A stretch of 64,000 nt of DNA, taken from assembly GCA_964598145.1 (NCBI GenBank), contig CAZRAM010000004.1, positions 100,337 through 164,336 on the forward strand. The letters are read 5' to 3'. Source of the stretch: an uncultured Pseudomonadales bacterium. GTDB lineage: Bacteria; Pseudomonadota; Gammaproteobacteria; Pseudomonadales; JAHEIH01. Made by a program: the position numbers and the translations under genes. Below are positions 51,547 to 61,827 of this stretch, one piece after another; within the stretch, counting starts at the first letter, position 1, and every line of letters starts with the position of its first letter. Below the pieces are notes generated by a model that did no database searches, was not told where the DNA came from, and saw only the letters and a list, made by a program, of their open reading frames with translations.

Positions 51547-53154
51547 CTACATGCGGAACACGCCGAAGCGCGTCGATTCAATGGGGGCATTCAAACTGGC
51601 CGACAGCGCCATCCCAAGCACATCGCGGGTATCGAGCGGATCAATGACCCCGTCATCCCACAACCTCGCCGACGCGTAATAGGGATGACCCTGTTCGTCG
51701 TAAGTGTCGAGAATGGGTTGTTTAAAGGCGGCCATATCAGCTTCGCTGATACTTTCACCCGCCGCTTCTGCGCGGTCGAGTTTTAACTGTCCGAGAACCG
51801 CCGCGGCTTGCTCACCACCCATGACAGAAATGCGCGCATTGGGCCACATAAACATAAAGCGCGGATCGTAGGCTCGGCCGCACATACCATAGTTACCCGC
51901 GCCAAAAGAGCCACCCACTACCACGGTAAATTTGGGGACATTAGCGCAGGCGACGGCGGTCACCAACTTAGCTCCGTGGCGAGCAATTCCACCCGCCTCG
52001 TATTGGCTACCCACCATGAAACCGGTGATATTTTGCAAAAATAGTAGCGGGATGCCTCGCTGACAGCACAACTCGACAAAGTGTGCTCCCTTCACCGCCG
52101 ATTCGCTGAACAGGATGCCATTGTTGGCGACGATGCCAATAGGGAAACCATGCAGCCGAGCAAAGCCACATACCAAGGTGGTACCAAACAGGGCTTTAAA
52201 CTCATCAAAATCTGAATCGTCCACCAAACGTGCGATTAACTCCCGAACGTCGTAGGGCTGGCGCAAATCATGAGGAATCAAGCCGTAGATCTCGCTTGGA
52301 TCATAGGCAGGAGGCGCGCTTGGCCTGACATCTAGCGCGGTTTTTGCGGGACGATTAAGTCGAGCTACTGCAGCGCGAGCAAGAGCGATTGCGTGGTGGT
52401 CGTCGTGGGCATAGTGATCCGCCACCCCCGAGGTGCGACAGTGCACATCGGCGCCACCAAGGGCTTCGGCGCTCACCACTTCACCAGTCGCCGCCTTGAC
52501 CAGTGGTGGACCGCCCAGAAAAATAGTGCCCTGCTCCCTGACGATAATGGTTTCATCAGCCATCGCTGGCACATAGGCCCCGCCTGCAGTACACGATCCG
52601 AGTACCACCGCGATTTGCGCGATCCCCTGGGCAGACATTCGGGCTTGATTAAAAAAGATGCGTCCGAAGTGTTCGCGGTCGGGGAACACCTCGTCTTGAT
52701 GGGGAAGGTTGGCACCGCCAGAGTCGACGAGGTAAACGCATGGCAAATGGTTTTGTTCGGCAATGGCCTGCGCGCGCAAATGCTTTTTCACTGTCAGCGG
52801 GAAATAGGTACCGCCTTTAACCGTAGCGTCGTTGGCAATCACCATGCACTCTCGGCCTTCAATCAAACCGACACCCGCGACCACCCCGGCACAGGGCACA
52901 TCCTCTTCGTATACTTGGTAAGCCGCAAGTTGCCCAATTTCCAAAAAGGCGCTACCCGCATCCAATAATGCATCGATCCGCTCACGTGGGAGTAGTTTGC
53001 CGCGCGCCTTGTGCTTGGCTCGGTAGTGCTCTCCTCCCCCCTCAGCAATGACGGCACACTTATCCCTAAGATCATCGACCATGGCCTGCATGGACGCGGC
53101 GTTGGCCGCAAAGGTCTCGCTGCGAGTATCTAATTGACTGTGTAGACGTGCCAT
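51547..53154 (-). CDS. liuB: 3-methylcrotonyl-CoA carboxylase beta (carboxyltransferase) subunit
   Basis: 535-aa carboxyltransferase domain protein in the liu context. Confidence 0.9.
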   Translation of the reverse strand: MARLHSQLDTRSETFAANAASMQAMVDDLRDKCAVIAEGGGEHYRAKHKARGKLLPRERIDALLDAGSAFLEIGQLAAYQVYEEDVPCAGVVAGVGLIEGRECMVIANDATVKGGTYFPLTVKKHLRAQAIAEQNHLPCVYLVDSGGANLPHQDEVFPDREHFGRIFFNQARMSAQGIAQIAVVLGSCTAGGAYVPAMADETIIVREQGTIFLGGPPLVKAATGEVVSAEALGGADVHCRTSGVADHYAHDDHHAIALARAAVARLNRPAKTALDVRPSAPPAYDPSEIYGLIPHDLRQPYDVRELIARLVDDSDFDEFKALFGTTLVCGFARLHGFPIGIVANNGILFSESAVKGAHFVELCCQRGIPLLFLQNITGFMVGSQYEAGGIARHGAKLVTAVACANVPKFTVVVGGSFGAGNYGMCGRAYDPRFMFMWPNARISVMGGEQAAAVLGQLKLDRAEAAGESISEADMAAFKQPILDTYDEQGHPYYASARLWDDGVIDPLDTRDVLGMALSASLNAPIESTRFGVFRM

Positions 53155-54323
53155 CAGTGACTCTCCTTGAACAGCTCACGGCCGATCAGCATGCGGCGAA
53201 TCTCACTGGTACCCGCACCAATCTCATATAACTTGGCGTCGCGTAGTAGCCGGCCGGCGGGGTAGTCGTTTATGTAGCCGTTGCCCCCCAAAATCTGGAT
53301 GGCATCCAGTGCCGCTTGGGTCGCGCGCTCGGCGGTATACAGTATGACCGCCGCGGCATCTTTGCGCGATTCAAACCCGCTGTCCAACGCTCTTGCTACC
53401 GCATAAAGATAGGCGCGACTGGCATTGAGCTGGGCGTAGTTGTCCGCCAATTTCCCTTGGATGAGCTGAAATTCACCGATCGGCTGACCGAATTGCTGGC
53501 GCTGGTGCACGTAGTCCAACATCAAATCCAGTGAGGCTTGCATCAAACCGACCGGCCCTGCCGATAACACGGTGCGCTCGTAATCGAGACCGGACATCAA
53601 AATGCGAACACCATCCCCCTCGTCACCGACGCGGTTCTCGATCGGCACCCGACAGTTTTCAAACACCAATTCACCGGTGTTTGATCCGCGCATGCCCAAT
53701 TTGTCGAGCTTTTGCGCGCATGAAAAACCGGCCATATCCTTTTCGATAATAAACGCGCTGATACCTCGCGAGCCCGCCTCGAGGTCTGTCTTGGCATAGA
53801 CAAATAACACGTCGGCGTCGGGACCGTTAGTGATCCACATCTTGCTGCCGTTGAGCAGGTAGTGGTCGGCTTTGCGTTCAGCACGCAATGTCATACTGAC
53901 CACATCGGAGCCGGCGTTGGGCTCGGACATCGCCAACGCCCCCACGTACTCGCCACTCACCAATTTGGGTAAGTATTTAGCCTTTTGCTCGCTATTGCCG
54001 TTCTTGTAGATCTGGTTCACACACAGGTTAGAGTGGGCGCCGTAAGACAGCCCCACCGATGCCGAGGCGCGAGAAATTTCTTCCATCGCCACACTGTGGG
54101 CCAAATAGCCCATGTCAGCACCGCCATACTCTTCGCTTACGGTGATGCCCAGTAAACCAAGGTCACCCAATTTGCGCCACATATCGGCGGGAAACTCGTT
54201 GTCGATATCGATTTGGGCCGCGCGTGGTGCCAATTCACGCTGGCAAAACTGGTATACCGTATCACGCAACATGTCGACTTCTTCACCAAGACCAAAGTCC
54301 ATCGCTTTATAGTTAGCGTGCAT
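53154..54323 (-). CDS. liuA: isovaleryl-CoA dehydrogenase
   Basis: Acyl-CoA dehydrogenase motifs ([24 protein letters not shown]). Start set to ATG 54323 (AGGAG ribosome-binding site 7 nt upstream). Its stop overlaps the liuB start (TGATG). Confidence 0.9.
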   Translation of the reverse strand: MHANYKAMDFGLGEEVDMLRDTVYQFCQRELAPRAAQIDIDNEFPADMWRKLGDLGLLGITVSEEYGGADMGYLAHSVAMEEISRASASVGLSYGAHSNLCVNQIYKNGNSEQKAKYLPKLVSGEYVGALAMSEPNAGSDVVSMTLRAERKADHYLLNGSKMWITNGPDADVLFVYAKTDLEAGSRGISAFIIEKDMAGFSCAQKLDKLGMRGSNTGELVFENCRVPIENRVGDEGDGVRILMSGLDYERTVLSAGPVGLMQASLDLMLDYVHQRQQFGQPIGEFQLIQGKLADNYAQLNASRAYLYAVARALDSGFESRKDAAAVILYTAERATQAALDAIQILGGNGYINDYPAGRLLRDAKLYEIGAGTSEIRRMLIGRELFKESH

Positions 54324-54723
54324 GTGTTTCTCCTTTATGTTTGGCGCCATGATGAGTCACCAGGGCTTGTTGTGCTTTACTCTCAACGGCGGCTAAATCA
54401 GCCAAGATGGCTTCAATATCTCTCAACTGCTGTTGTAACTTGGCGCGCCGCTCGGCGACTTTTTCTAGCAGGCGCTGTAATTGATGTCGGTTATGACTTA
54501 GCGGGTCGTACATATCGATGATTTCGCGTGACTCTTCGAGGCTCAGTCCGATGCGCTTACCGCGCAAAATCAACTTCAAACGCGTCCTGTCCGCGGCGCT
54601 GTATAAGCGATGCTGGCCCTCTCGCTGCGGGCTGAGCATGCCCTTTTCTTCGTAAAAGCGAATGGTCCTGGCGGTGATGCCAAACTCCTTCACCAACTCA
54701 GATATCGTGTAACGTGCACTCAT
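54313..54723 (-). CDS. liuR: MerR family transcriptional regulator of the liu operon
   Basis: MerR HTH ([26 protein letters not shown]) plus a coiled-coil dimerisation helix. It is the first gene of liuRABCDE. ATG 54723 has AGGAGG 6 nt upstream. Confidence 0.8.
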   Translation of the reverse strand: MSARYTISELVKEFGITARTIRFYEEKGMLSPQREGQHRLYSAADRTRLKLILRGKRIGLSLEESREIIDMYDPLSHNRHQLQRLLEKVAERRAKLQQQLRDIEAILADLAAVESKAQQALVTHHGAKHKGETHAR

Positions 54724-54747
54724 AAACACCCTCCTAACATGATATAG

Positions 54748-54780
54748 ATTCTATGCAAGTTTACGTAAACGTCAACTTGC
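54748..54780 (-). promoter_or_regulatory. candidate liu promoter with an embedded 26-bp near-palindrome (putative LiuR operator)
   Basis: The minus strand reads TTGACG (54775-54770), a 16-nt spacer, then TAGAAT (54753-54748). The palindrome GCAAGTTTACGTAAACGTCAACTTGC (54755-54780) has 11 of 13 complementary pairs and spans the -35 and spacer, as MerR operators do. Confidence 0.5.
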
Positions 54781-54853
54781 AAATAGCGCCACGATGAATC
54801 ACCCAATGCGGTGAGATGAACTACACTTGATCAAAGCAAAAGGAGGTTTGCTC

Positions 54854-55013
54854 ATGAAAAATTGGTTACTCGCCCTCAGCGGTTAACTATTCACCAGTGT
54901 CAGCTTGGCGCATGACCGTTGAATCTTTTTATATGAAAGGCGATGAAAAAGTCCCCGGTCGCACCGCCCACTATGTCCGCGACGACGATGCTGCATTGGT
55001 ATATAACAACTAA
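54854..55013 (+). pseudogene. possible degraded small secreted-protein gene (in-frame TAA plus a +1 shift), or a 10-codon mini-ORF with a strong ribosome-binding site
   Basis: AAAGGAGG lies 7 nt before ATG 54854. The reading is MKNWLLALSG-TAA-LFTSVSLAHDR-TGA, which is signal-peptide-like across the stop. The +1 frame is then open from 54912 to TAA 55011-55013 (MTVESFYMKGDEKVPGRTAHYVRDDDAALVYNN). Confidence 0.3.
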
Positions 55014-55071
55014 ATAATTCAGCCTTGGCGTGCTATGATGGCGCGCCGATTCCCAACCCCCGACCATCGCT

Positions 55072-56013
55072 ATGCTTGAAAGCCTCATTTTCTCCATTTC
55101 TATCACTGGCCCTATTTTCATCGTGATGGCACTGGGCGTATGGCTTAATAGTAGCGGGCAAATCAACGATAACTTTATCGATGTCGGCTCCAAGCTCGTC
55201 TTTAACGTGACCTTGCCAGCACTGCTCTTCATTAACGTCGCCAACACACCACTGCACTCGGCGGCCAACCCCACCATGCTTGGTATTGGGGTGATAGGTA
55301 CGGTGTTGTTTTACGTGCTTCTGGAAAAGGCCGCGAGCTGGTGGGTTAGCGAGCCGCGCGATCGAGGCGTGGTGGTACAGGGTGGTTTTCGCGCCAACAT
55401 GGGCATCATTGGCCTCGCGTATTGTTTTAACGCCTACGGCAACGAGGGCTTAGCGGTAGCCTCTATTTATTTGGGTATTGTCACCATCGTCTACAACGTG
55501 CTGAGCGTCATTACCCTAAGCCGCTGGTTAGATGGCGGCTTCAATATGCGCAACACCCTTCGAGGCATCGTGCGCAACCCCATTATCCTCAGTATTTTGG
55601 CCGCCCTTCCCTTGGCCTGGTTCGAACTGGGACTACCTGGCTGGGTAGAGCGCACCGGCAGTTACTTTGCTCAAATGACCCTGCCACTAGCGCTGTTGTG
55701 CACCGGCGCCAGCCTACCCTTCAAGTCCCTGCGCAGCAACATGCGCAGCACTCTTGTGGCGAGTAGTTTCAAATTGATTTTGATGCCGTTAGGGCTAACG
55801 GCTGCCGGCGTATGGCTTGGCGTCAGAGGTATAGATCTTGGCGTGTTGGCGATGATGTGCGCCGGCCCAACAGCCGCCGCCAGTTACGTGATGGTGCGCG
55901 CCATGGGTGGCGATGCCAAACTCGCGGCGACGATCATCGCCAGCACCACCCTCGGATCGATTATCACCAATAGCGCCCTTATCGGCGGTCTACACCACTG
56001 GGGCTGGCTGTAA
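55072..56013 (+). CDS. AEC (auxin efflux carrier) family transporter
   Basis: 313-aa protein with about 10 TM segments. The N-terminus MLESLIFSISITGPIFIVMALG is typical of the family. Confidence 0.85.
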   Translation: MLESLIFSISITGPIFIVMALGVWLNSSGQINDNFIDVGSKLVFNVTLPALLFINVANTPLHSAANPTMLGIGVIGTVLFYVLLEKAASWWVSEPRDRGVVVQGGFRANMGIIGLAYCFNAYGNEGLAVASIYLGIVTIVYNVLSVITLSRWLDGGFNMRNTLRGIVRNPIILSILAALPLAWFELGLPGWVERTGSYFAQMTLPLALLCTGASLPFKSLRSNMRSTLVASSFKLILMPLGLTAAGVWLGVRGIDLGVLAMMCAGPTAAASYVMVRAMGGDAKLAATIIASTTLGSIITNSALIGGLHHWGWL

Positions 56014-56667
56014 TCACACTAGCAACAGTGCATCGACAATCATCTTGCCGCCGAAGGCAAGAAAGATAAGCCCGACAAAGCCATTACCTGCAGCGCCCAA
56101 ACGCGCGTGATTAGCAAACATTTTCGCCAAACCCACCCCACCGTAGATCAACACAGTCAGGTACAAAACACTCACCACTTGCACAATGCTGGCTAGGATC
56201 AAAAAACTTAGCGCGGGGTAGTCGTAGTCGGGTGACACAAACTGGATAAAGAAAGAGACGAAAAAGAGAATAGCCTTGGGATTGAGCAAGCTTATCACCA
56301 AGGCACGCTTAAAGGGATGGCGCTTATCGAGCCGCGGTTGCTCTGGCTTGTCGAGATGCCCGGCTTGCCATACCGATAAGGCATGCCGCGCCAGCCCTAC
56401 CCCAAGCCACATCAAATAACCGGCCCCCATCACCTGCAGCAGAGTAAACACAACACCATGGGCCTGTAAGAGCGTTGCGGCCCCCATGGCAGTCATCAGC
56501 ATTAATAAGGCATCACCGCAAAACACACCAAAGGCACTGGCAAAGCCGGCGCGATGCCCCTGTCTGGAGGCCGTGGTCATCACATAGAGTGAATTAGGTC
56601 CAGGAATCAGAACAATAAAAATGGTGCCCAGCACAAACGTGCCGATATCGATAACGCCGTAAAACAT
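56014..56667 (-). CDS. LysE/RhtB family amino-acid exporter
   Basis: 217 aa with a 6-TM pattern and the PGPN motif near the N-terminus (IPGPNSLYV). Its stop codon directly abuts the AEC stop. Confidence 0.85.
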   Translation of the reverse strand: MFYGVIDIGTFVLGTIFIVLIPGPNSLYVMTTASRQGHRAGFASAFGVFCGDALLMLMTAMGAATLLQAHGVVFTLLQVMGAGYLMWLGVGLARHALSVWQAGHLDKPEQPRLDKRHPFKRALVISLLNPKAILFFVSFFIQFVSPDYDYPALSFLILASIVQVVSVLYLTVLIYGGVGLAKMFANHARLGAAGNGFVGLIFLAFGGKMIVDALLLV

Positions 56668-56821
56668 AGCCCCTCCGCTAAAGGCGACACTTTAGTTGTA
56701 CACCACAGGTAAAGCAACTAGGACCAAGCAAGTCATATGCGGCCACGCTAGAAATAACTCTTTCACCCGGCGCTAAGAAATTCATAATCGAAACAATGAC
56801 TATAAAAAGGACAACATCATA

Positions 56822-58030
56822 ATGAGCCACACCGCCTATATATTCGATGCCATTAGAACGCCCCGTGGCAAAGGAAAGCCAGACGGTAGTCTGCACGAGG
56901 TAAAACCCACAGTCCTAGGCGCCGGCCTTCTAAGAGCACTGCAAAAGCGCCATCAACTAAATACAGCCAATGTCGACGATGTGGTTATGGGGTGCGTCAC
57001 ACCCATAGGCGAGCAGGGTTCTGATATCGCCAAATCGATAGTGATGTATGCCGACTGGGATGAATCAGTCCCCGGTGTTCAACTCGATAGGTTCTGCGCG
57101 TCAGGCTTAGAAGCCGTCAACATCGCCGCGCAAAAAGTCGCTTCAGGCTGGGAAGATCTCGTCGTCGCTGGCGGGGTAGAAATGATGTCGCGCGTCCCCA
57201 TGGGCGCCAATGGAGGTGCTTGGTCTAACGATCCTGAAATTAGTGTTCACACCGGCTTTGCGCCACAGGGCATCGGCGCCGACACCATCGCCACCCTAGA
57301 AGGCTGGTCGCGTGAGGATATTGATAGCTTCGCCTTACAGTCGCAGCAGCGAGCCGCCGCAGCACAAGCCGCTGGCTTTTTCGATCGCTCCGTCATCCCG
57401 GTATACGATCACAATGGCGCAACCATCCTCGCGCGTGACGAATTCATCAAGCCCCAAACCACCATGGAAGCCCTGGCTGGACTCAAACCTTCGTTTGCCA
57501 AGCTGGGGGCCATGGGTTTCGACGATATCGTGCTCAACAAGTACCCTCAACTTGCCGCTATCGAACACGTCCACACCCCTGGCAATTCGTCGGGCATTGT
57601 CGATGGCGCCTCGGCGGTATTGATTGGCAGCGAGGCTGCAGCCATAGCAAATCAACTAACCCCTCGCGCGCGCATCGTCGCCACTGCCGTAACCGCTAAT
57701 GACCCGACCATCATGCTCACAGCGCCAGGACCAGCAGCCTACAAAGCACTCGCCAAGGCTGGCTTATCGGTGGCGGATATCGATCTGTGGGAAATTAACG
57801 AGGCCTTCGCGTCTGTGGCCTTGCGATTCATGAAAGATATGGGCATCTCGGCTGAGATCACCAACGTTAATGGTGGCGCTATTGCCATGGGACATCCGCT
57901 TGGCGCTACCGGTGCTATGATCCTAGGTATTCTGCTCGATGAATTAGAAAGGCGCGACCTCAAACGTGGCCTGGCAGCGCTTTGTGTCGGTGGCGGACAA
58001 GGTATTGCAACCATCATAGAGCGCGTATAG
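56822..58030 (+). CDS. acetyl-CoA C-acyltransferase (thiolase)
   Basis: Active-site Cys region [12 protein letters not shown] and the C-terminal [17 protein letters not shown] and CVGGGQG motifs. Confidence 0.9.
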   Translation: MSHTAYIFDAIRTPRGKGKPDGSLHEVKPTVLGAGLLRALQKRHQLNTANVDDVVMGCVTPIGEQGSDIAKSIVMYADWDESVPGVQLDRFCASGLEAVNIAAQKVASGWEDLVVAGGVEMMSRVPMGANGGAWSNDPEISVHTGFAPQGIGADTIATLEGWSREDIDSFALQSQQRAAAAQAAGFFDRSVIPVYDHNGATILARDEFIKPQTTMEALAGLKPSFAKLGAMGFDDIVLNKYPQLAAIEHVHTPGNSSGIVDGASAVLIGSEAAAIANQLTPRARIVATAVTANDPTIMLTAPGPAAYKALAKAGLSVADIDLWEINEAFASVALRFMKDMGISAEITNVNGGAIAMGHPLGATGAMILGILLDELERRDLKRGLAALCVGGGQGIATIIERV

Positions 58031-58036
58031 GAGGCG

Positions 58037-60208
58037 ATGATGAGCGACAATTTACACGGTTTTCACTACCAAAAAGACGCCCAGGGTATCGTCACTATCA
58101 CTATGGATCTAGACGGTCCGGTCAATGCTATGAACGCTCAGTTCAGACAGGCTTATGCGGCAACGGTAGATCGTCTTTGCAGCGAGACCCATTTGCAAGG
58201 GGTTATCTTCGCATCTGCCAAACCGACCTTCTTCGCTGGCGGCGATCTAAAGGAAATGCTGACCTGCCAACCGGGTGAAGAAAACACCTACTTTGAAATG
58301 GTTGAGCATATAAAATCCTACATGCGTCGCGTTGAACACCTACAAGTGCCCGTCGTAGCCGCGATTAACGGTTCTGCCTTAGGAGGTGGGTTGGAGCTTT
58401 GCTTGAGCTGCAACTACCGTATCGCCAGTAACAAATCCAACACCCTGATCGGGTTACCGGAAGTGACCCTTGGTTTGCTTCCTGGTGGCGGCGGCGTGGT
58501 CCGTAGCATTCATTTACTGGGTCTACAAAAGGCACTCCCCCTGCTCCTCGAGGGTAAACGTCTGCGCCCAAAAGAAGCGCTTGAAATTGGCTTCATTGAT
58601 GCGCTTGTGGAGAACGACAGTGACTTGCTTGATGCCGCCAAAGATTGGATCGACAACCACCCCGACGGCCAATGGCAACAACCTTGGGACAGACCCAAAC
58701 ATCGCCTCCCTGGCGGTGACATCTGGCATCCAGTGATTCAACAAACCCTGGCTGCGGCGCCTGCCATGCTGTTTCAAAAAACCCGTGGCTTACTCCCAGC
58801 GCCTGAACGCATACTTTCAGTAGCCGCCGATGTGATGACGGTAGATTTTGATACCGCTCAACGCATTGAATCGCGTGCGTTTGCTTCATTAGTACCGACC
58901 AAAGAAGCCAAAAACCTTATCAGCGGTGGTTTCTTCCAAATGAACAAGATCAACAGCGGCGCAAGTCGTCCACGCGATATTGACCGCAAAAAAATTCAAA
59001 AACTTGGCATTCTCGGGGCCGGCATGATGGGACAAGGCATTGCCTACAGCGCCGCCGCCGCGGGCATTCCCGTTGTATTAAAAGATGTCAGTCTTGAGGC
59101 GGCCGAAAAAGGCAAATCTTACAGCACACAATTAATGGATAAGCGCATCGGCCGCGGTCGCAGCACACAACACGATAAAGAGGCTCTGCTAGGCTTGATC
59201 ACGCCATCAGAACACATGGCCGACCTTGCAGACTGTGACCTCATTATCGAAGCCGTGTTTGAAGACCTCGAATTAAAACACCGCTTGCTGGCCGAAGTAG
59301 AACCCTACCTCGCTGACAAGGGCGTACTGGCGTCGAACACCTCCACCCTACCCATCAGCTTGTTGGCCCAGGCGGTTACTCAACCCGAGCGATTTATCGG
59401 CATCCACTTTTTCTCACCCGTCGATAAAATGCCGCTGATTGAAATAATTAGAGGTGAGGCCAGCGACGATACAACGCTGGCACTCGCCTTTGACTTCGCC
59501 CAACAGATTCGTAAGACACCAATTGTGGTCAATGATTCGTTGGGCTTTTTTACCTCTCGCGTATTTTCTACCTACCTGGATGAGGCTGCTCGCATGGTGC
59601 TGGAAGGCATTGACCCGATGTTAGTAGACAATCTTGGTCGCCACGTGGGTATGCCTGTCGGACCGTTAACTGTCCAAGATGAAGTAAGCCAACAACTGGC
59701 AGTTCGCATCGCCGACACCCACAAAGCCATGGGAGTCTTTGGCAGCAAGGCCGATACTTCTGCCAATGCTGAGCTTTGTTCGCGCATGGTAAATGAATTT
59801 AAACGCGGTGGTCGCCACCATGGTGGGGGGTTCTTTGATTATACCGAGGGACAAAAAACACTTTGGCCGGGATTACGCGAGCATTTTACCCTTGCAGGCC
59901 AGGGAGCCATTGCCGAAGACATCAAAGATCGGCTCTTATTGAGACAGGTGTTAGAGAGTCTGCGCTGCCTAGAAGAAGGAGTACTAAGCTCTGTGGCAGA
60001 CGGTAATATCGGTTCGCTGATGGGCATCGGAGCACCCACTTGGACCGGCGGTTTCATCCAAATGGTTAACACCTACAGCTACAAATCACATTATGGAGCG
60101 GCTGCTTTGGCAGTTCGCTGCGATGAACTGGCTACATGTTATGGCGAGCGATTCACGCCACCAGACATTCTGCGCCAAGCCGTCGTCAACGGCCGCGTAT
60201 TTAACTAG
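58037..60208 (+). CDS. bifunctional enoyl-CoA hydratase / 3-hydroxyacyl-CoA dehydrogenase (FadB/FadJ-like)
   Basis: N-terminal crotonase domain (FFAGGDLKEM, NGSALGGGLE) followed by a Rossmann 3HCDH domain (LGILGAGMMGQGIA). 723 aa. ATG 58040 is equally possible. Confidence 0.9.
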   Translation: MMSDNLHGFHYQKDAQGIVTITMDLDGPVNAMNAQFRQAYAATVDRLCSETHLQGVIFASAKPTFFAGGDLKEMLTCQPGEENTYFEMVEHIKSYMRRVEHLQVPVVAAINGSALGGGLELCLSCNYRIASNKSNTLIGLPEVTLGLLPGGGGVVRSIHLLGLQKALPLLLEGKRLRPKEALEIGFIDALVENDSDLLDAAKDWIDNHPDGQWQQPWDRPKHRLPGGDIWHPVIQQTLAAAPAMLFQKTRGLLPAPERILSVAADVMTVDFDTAQRIESRAFASLVPTKEAKNLISGGFFQMNKINSGASRPRDIDRKKIQKLGILGAGMMGQGIAYSAAAAGIPVVLKDVSLEAAEKGKSYSTQLMDKRIGRGRSTQHDKEALLGLITPSEHMADLADCDLIIEAVFEDLELKHRLLAEVEPYLADKGVLASNTSTLPISLLAQAVTQPERFIGIHFFSPVDKMPLIEIIRGEASDDTTLALAFDFAQQIRKTPIVVNDSLGFFTSRVFSTYLDEAARMVLEGIDPMLVDNLGRHVGMPVGPLTVQDEVSQQLAVRIADTHKAMGVFGSKADTSANAELCSRMVNEFKRGGRHHGGGFFDYTEGQKTLWPGLREHFTLAGQGAIAEDIKDRLLLRQVLESLRCLEEGVLSSVADGNIGSLMGIGAPTWTGGFIQMVNTYSYKSHYGAAALAVRCDELATCYGERFTPPDILRQAVVNGRVFN

Positions 60209-60217
60209 GAGATTTGC

Positions 60218-60988
60218 ATGGATATACAAGGAAAAGCAGCCATCGTCACCGGCGGAGCGTCGGGCCTTGGTCGCGCCACAGTAGAGCGCTACGTGGCGGA
60301 TGGTGCCTGTGTCGCTATTTTCGATTTAAACCGCGAAGCGGGTGAGGCATTGGCGGGGCATCTCGGCGAGGCATGCCGCTACTACCACGTCGATGTTACC
60401 GATGAAGTGGCCGTTGAGGCCGCCATCAATGACGTGGTAGCCCAATTTGGCGGCTTGCATATCGTCAACAACTTTGCCGGCATCGGCCCAGCCTGTAAAA
60501 CTTACAGCAAAAATGGTCCCCACCCACTCGATACCTATATGAAAGTGGTGATGGTCAACCAGGTAGGCACTTTCAACGTATGTCGGTTGGCGGCACAAGC
60601 GATGGCGCAAGGCGAACCCGTTACTGCCGATGGTAGTCGCGGGGTTATCATGAATACCGCCTCTGTAGCCGCCTATGAGGGGCAGGTTGGGCAAGTCGCC
60701 TACTCGGCCACCAAGGGCGCCATCGTCGGCATGACCCTTCCCATGGCGCGCGAGTTGGCACCCTACGGCATCCGCGTCGCCACCATCGTTCCCGGTATCA
60801 TTCACACCCCATTATTTGATACCTTAAACCCAGAATATATCGACGGTCTGGTCGCTTCTACGGTTTATCCTAAACGACTGGGCAAACCCGAGGAAATTGC
60901 CAAGTTAGCGGCTCACATTGTCGATAACGACTACATCAATGGCGAATGCATCCGCATGGATGCGGCCATCCGCATGCCCCCAAGATAA
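60218..60988 (+). CDS. SDR family 3-hydroxyacyl-CoA dehydrogenase (type II / 3-hydroxy-2-methylbutyryl-CoA dehydrogenase-like)
   Basis: TGGASGLG cofactor motif and the catalytic YSATKGA (YxxxK). The specific call rests on the beta-oxidation context. Confidence 0.8.
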   Translation: MDIQGKAAIVTGGASGLGRATVERYVADGACVAIFDLNREAGEALAGHLGEACRYYHVDVTDEVAVEAAINDVVAQFGGLHIVNNFAGIGPACKTYSKNGPHPLDTYMKVVMVNQVGTFNVCRLAAQAMAQGEPVTADGSRGVIMNTASVAAYEGQVGQVAYSATKGAIVGMTLPMARELAPYGIRVATIVPGIIHTPLFDTLNPEYIDGLVASTVYPKRLGKPEEIAKLAAHIVDNDYINGECIRMDAAIRMPPR

Positions 60989-60997
60989 GGAACAACC

Positions 60998-61786
60998 ATG
61001 AGCTATGAAACGATTTCGGTGGACACTCAAGAGGCGGTAGCCACCATCACCATGAACCGCCCCGAGGCGCGCAACGCCATGAACCGCCAACTGCGGACCG
61101 AGGTTCGGCAGGCGGTAGATGCGCTCAATGCCGATGATAGCGTGCGCGTGATTGTGTTGGCGGCAAACGGCGCCGGTTTTTGTGCCGGTACAGACTTAAT
61201 GGAACGCGACGCCGACGCTGACCGCGACGGCTACGTCACCGACATGCTGCGCCAGGAATACCACACGCTGATGGAAGCGATCGGCAAGGGTGACAAACCT
61301 GTTGTCGCTGCGGTCAATGGCGCGGCGGCAGGCATTGGCGCCTCATTAGCCCTGGTGTGCGACATGATAGTGATGGCCGAGGATGCCTTCTTTTACTCTG
61401 CCTTTGGGGCCATTAGCTTGATTCCTGACGGCGGTCTGCACAAACACCTTTTGACGAGTCTCGGCCCTCAAAAAGCCTTCGAAATGATCGCCTTCTCGCA
61501 GCGTTTGGATGCCGCCACTAGCCTACAAATGGGCATGGCCAACCGGGTAGTACCTAGTGATCAGTTGCTGAGCAGTGCGCAAGAGCTCGCCGCACAATTG
61601 GCAGGCTGTGCACCGCTGACCTTGAAGCACGCTAAGAAAGTCCTGCGCTTTGCCGAGGACCACGACTTGTTTGCCACCATGGACGAGGAATCTATCCACC
61701 AAAACGTCTGCTTTACCAGCGAAGACTTCAAGGAAGGTGCCAGCGCCTTTTTCCAAAAACGCGCCCCGGCTTTCCGCGGCAAGTGA
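60998..61786 (+). CDS. enoyl-CoA hydratase/isomerase family protein
   Basis: Crotonase motifs (FCAGTDL, NGAAAGIG). 262 aa. Confidence 0.85.
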   Translation: MSYETISVDTQEAVATITMNRPEARNAMNRQLRTEVRQAVDALNADDSVRVIVLAANGAGFCAGTDLMERDADADRDGYVTDMLRQEYHTLMEAIGKGDKPVVAAVNGAAAGIGASLALVCDMIVMAEDAFFYSAFGAISLIPDGGLHKHLLTSLGPQKAFEMIAFSQRLDAATSLQMGMANRVVPSDQLLSSAQELAAQLAGCAPLTLKHAKKVLRFAEDHDLFATMDEESIHQNVCFTSEDFKEGASAFFQKRAPAFRGK

Positions 61787-61790
61787 GCCC

Positions 61791-61827
61791 ATATCGGCCG
61801 TTAGCTAGCCAGCCAGCGGCCGATATC
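61791..61827. other. 10-bp perfect inverted repeat ATATCGGCCG-N17-CGGCCGATAT spanning the junction of two convergent genes
   Basis: Read directly. It overlaps the last codons of the esterase gene. No U-tract on either side. Confidence 0.3.

Noticed and set aside
54900-55277. Minus-strand ORF 54900..55277 (125 aa)
   Set aside because: It overlaps the 5' end of the AEC transporter gene and the candidate degraded small ORF. It has no motifs and no ribosome-binding site.
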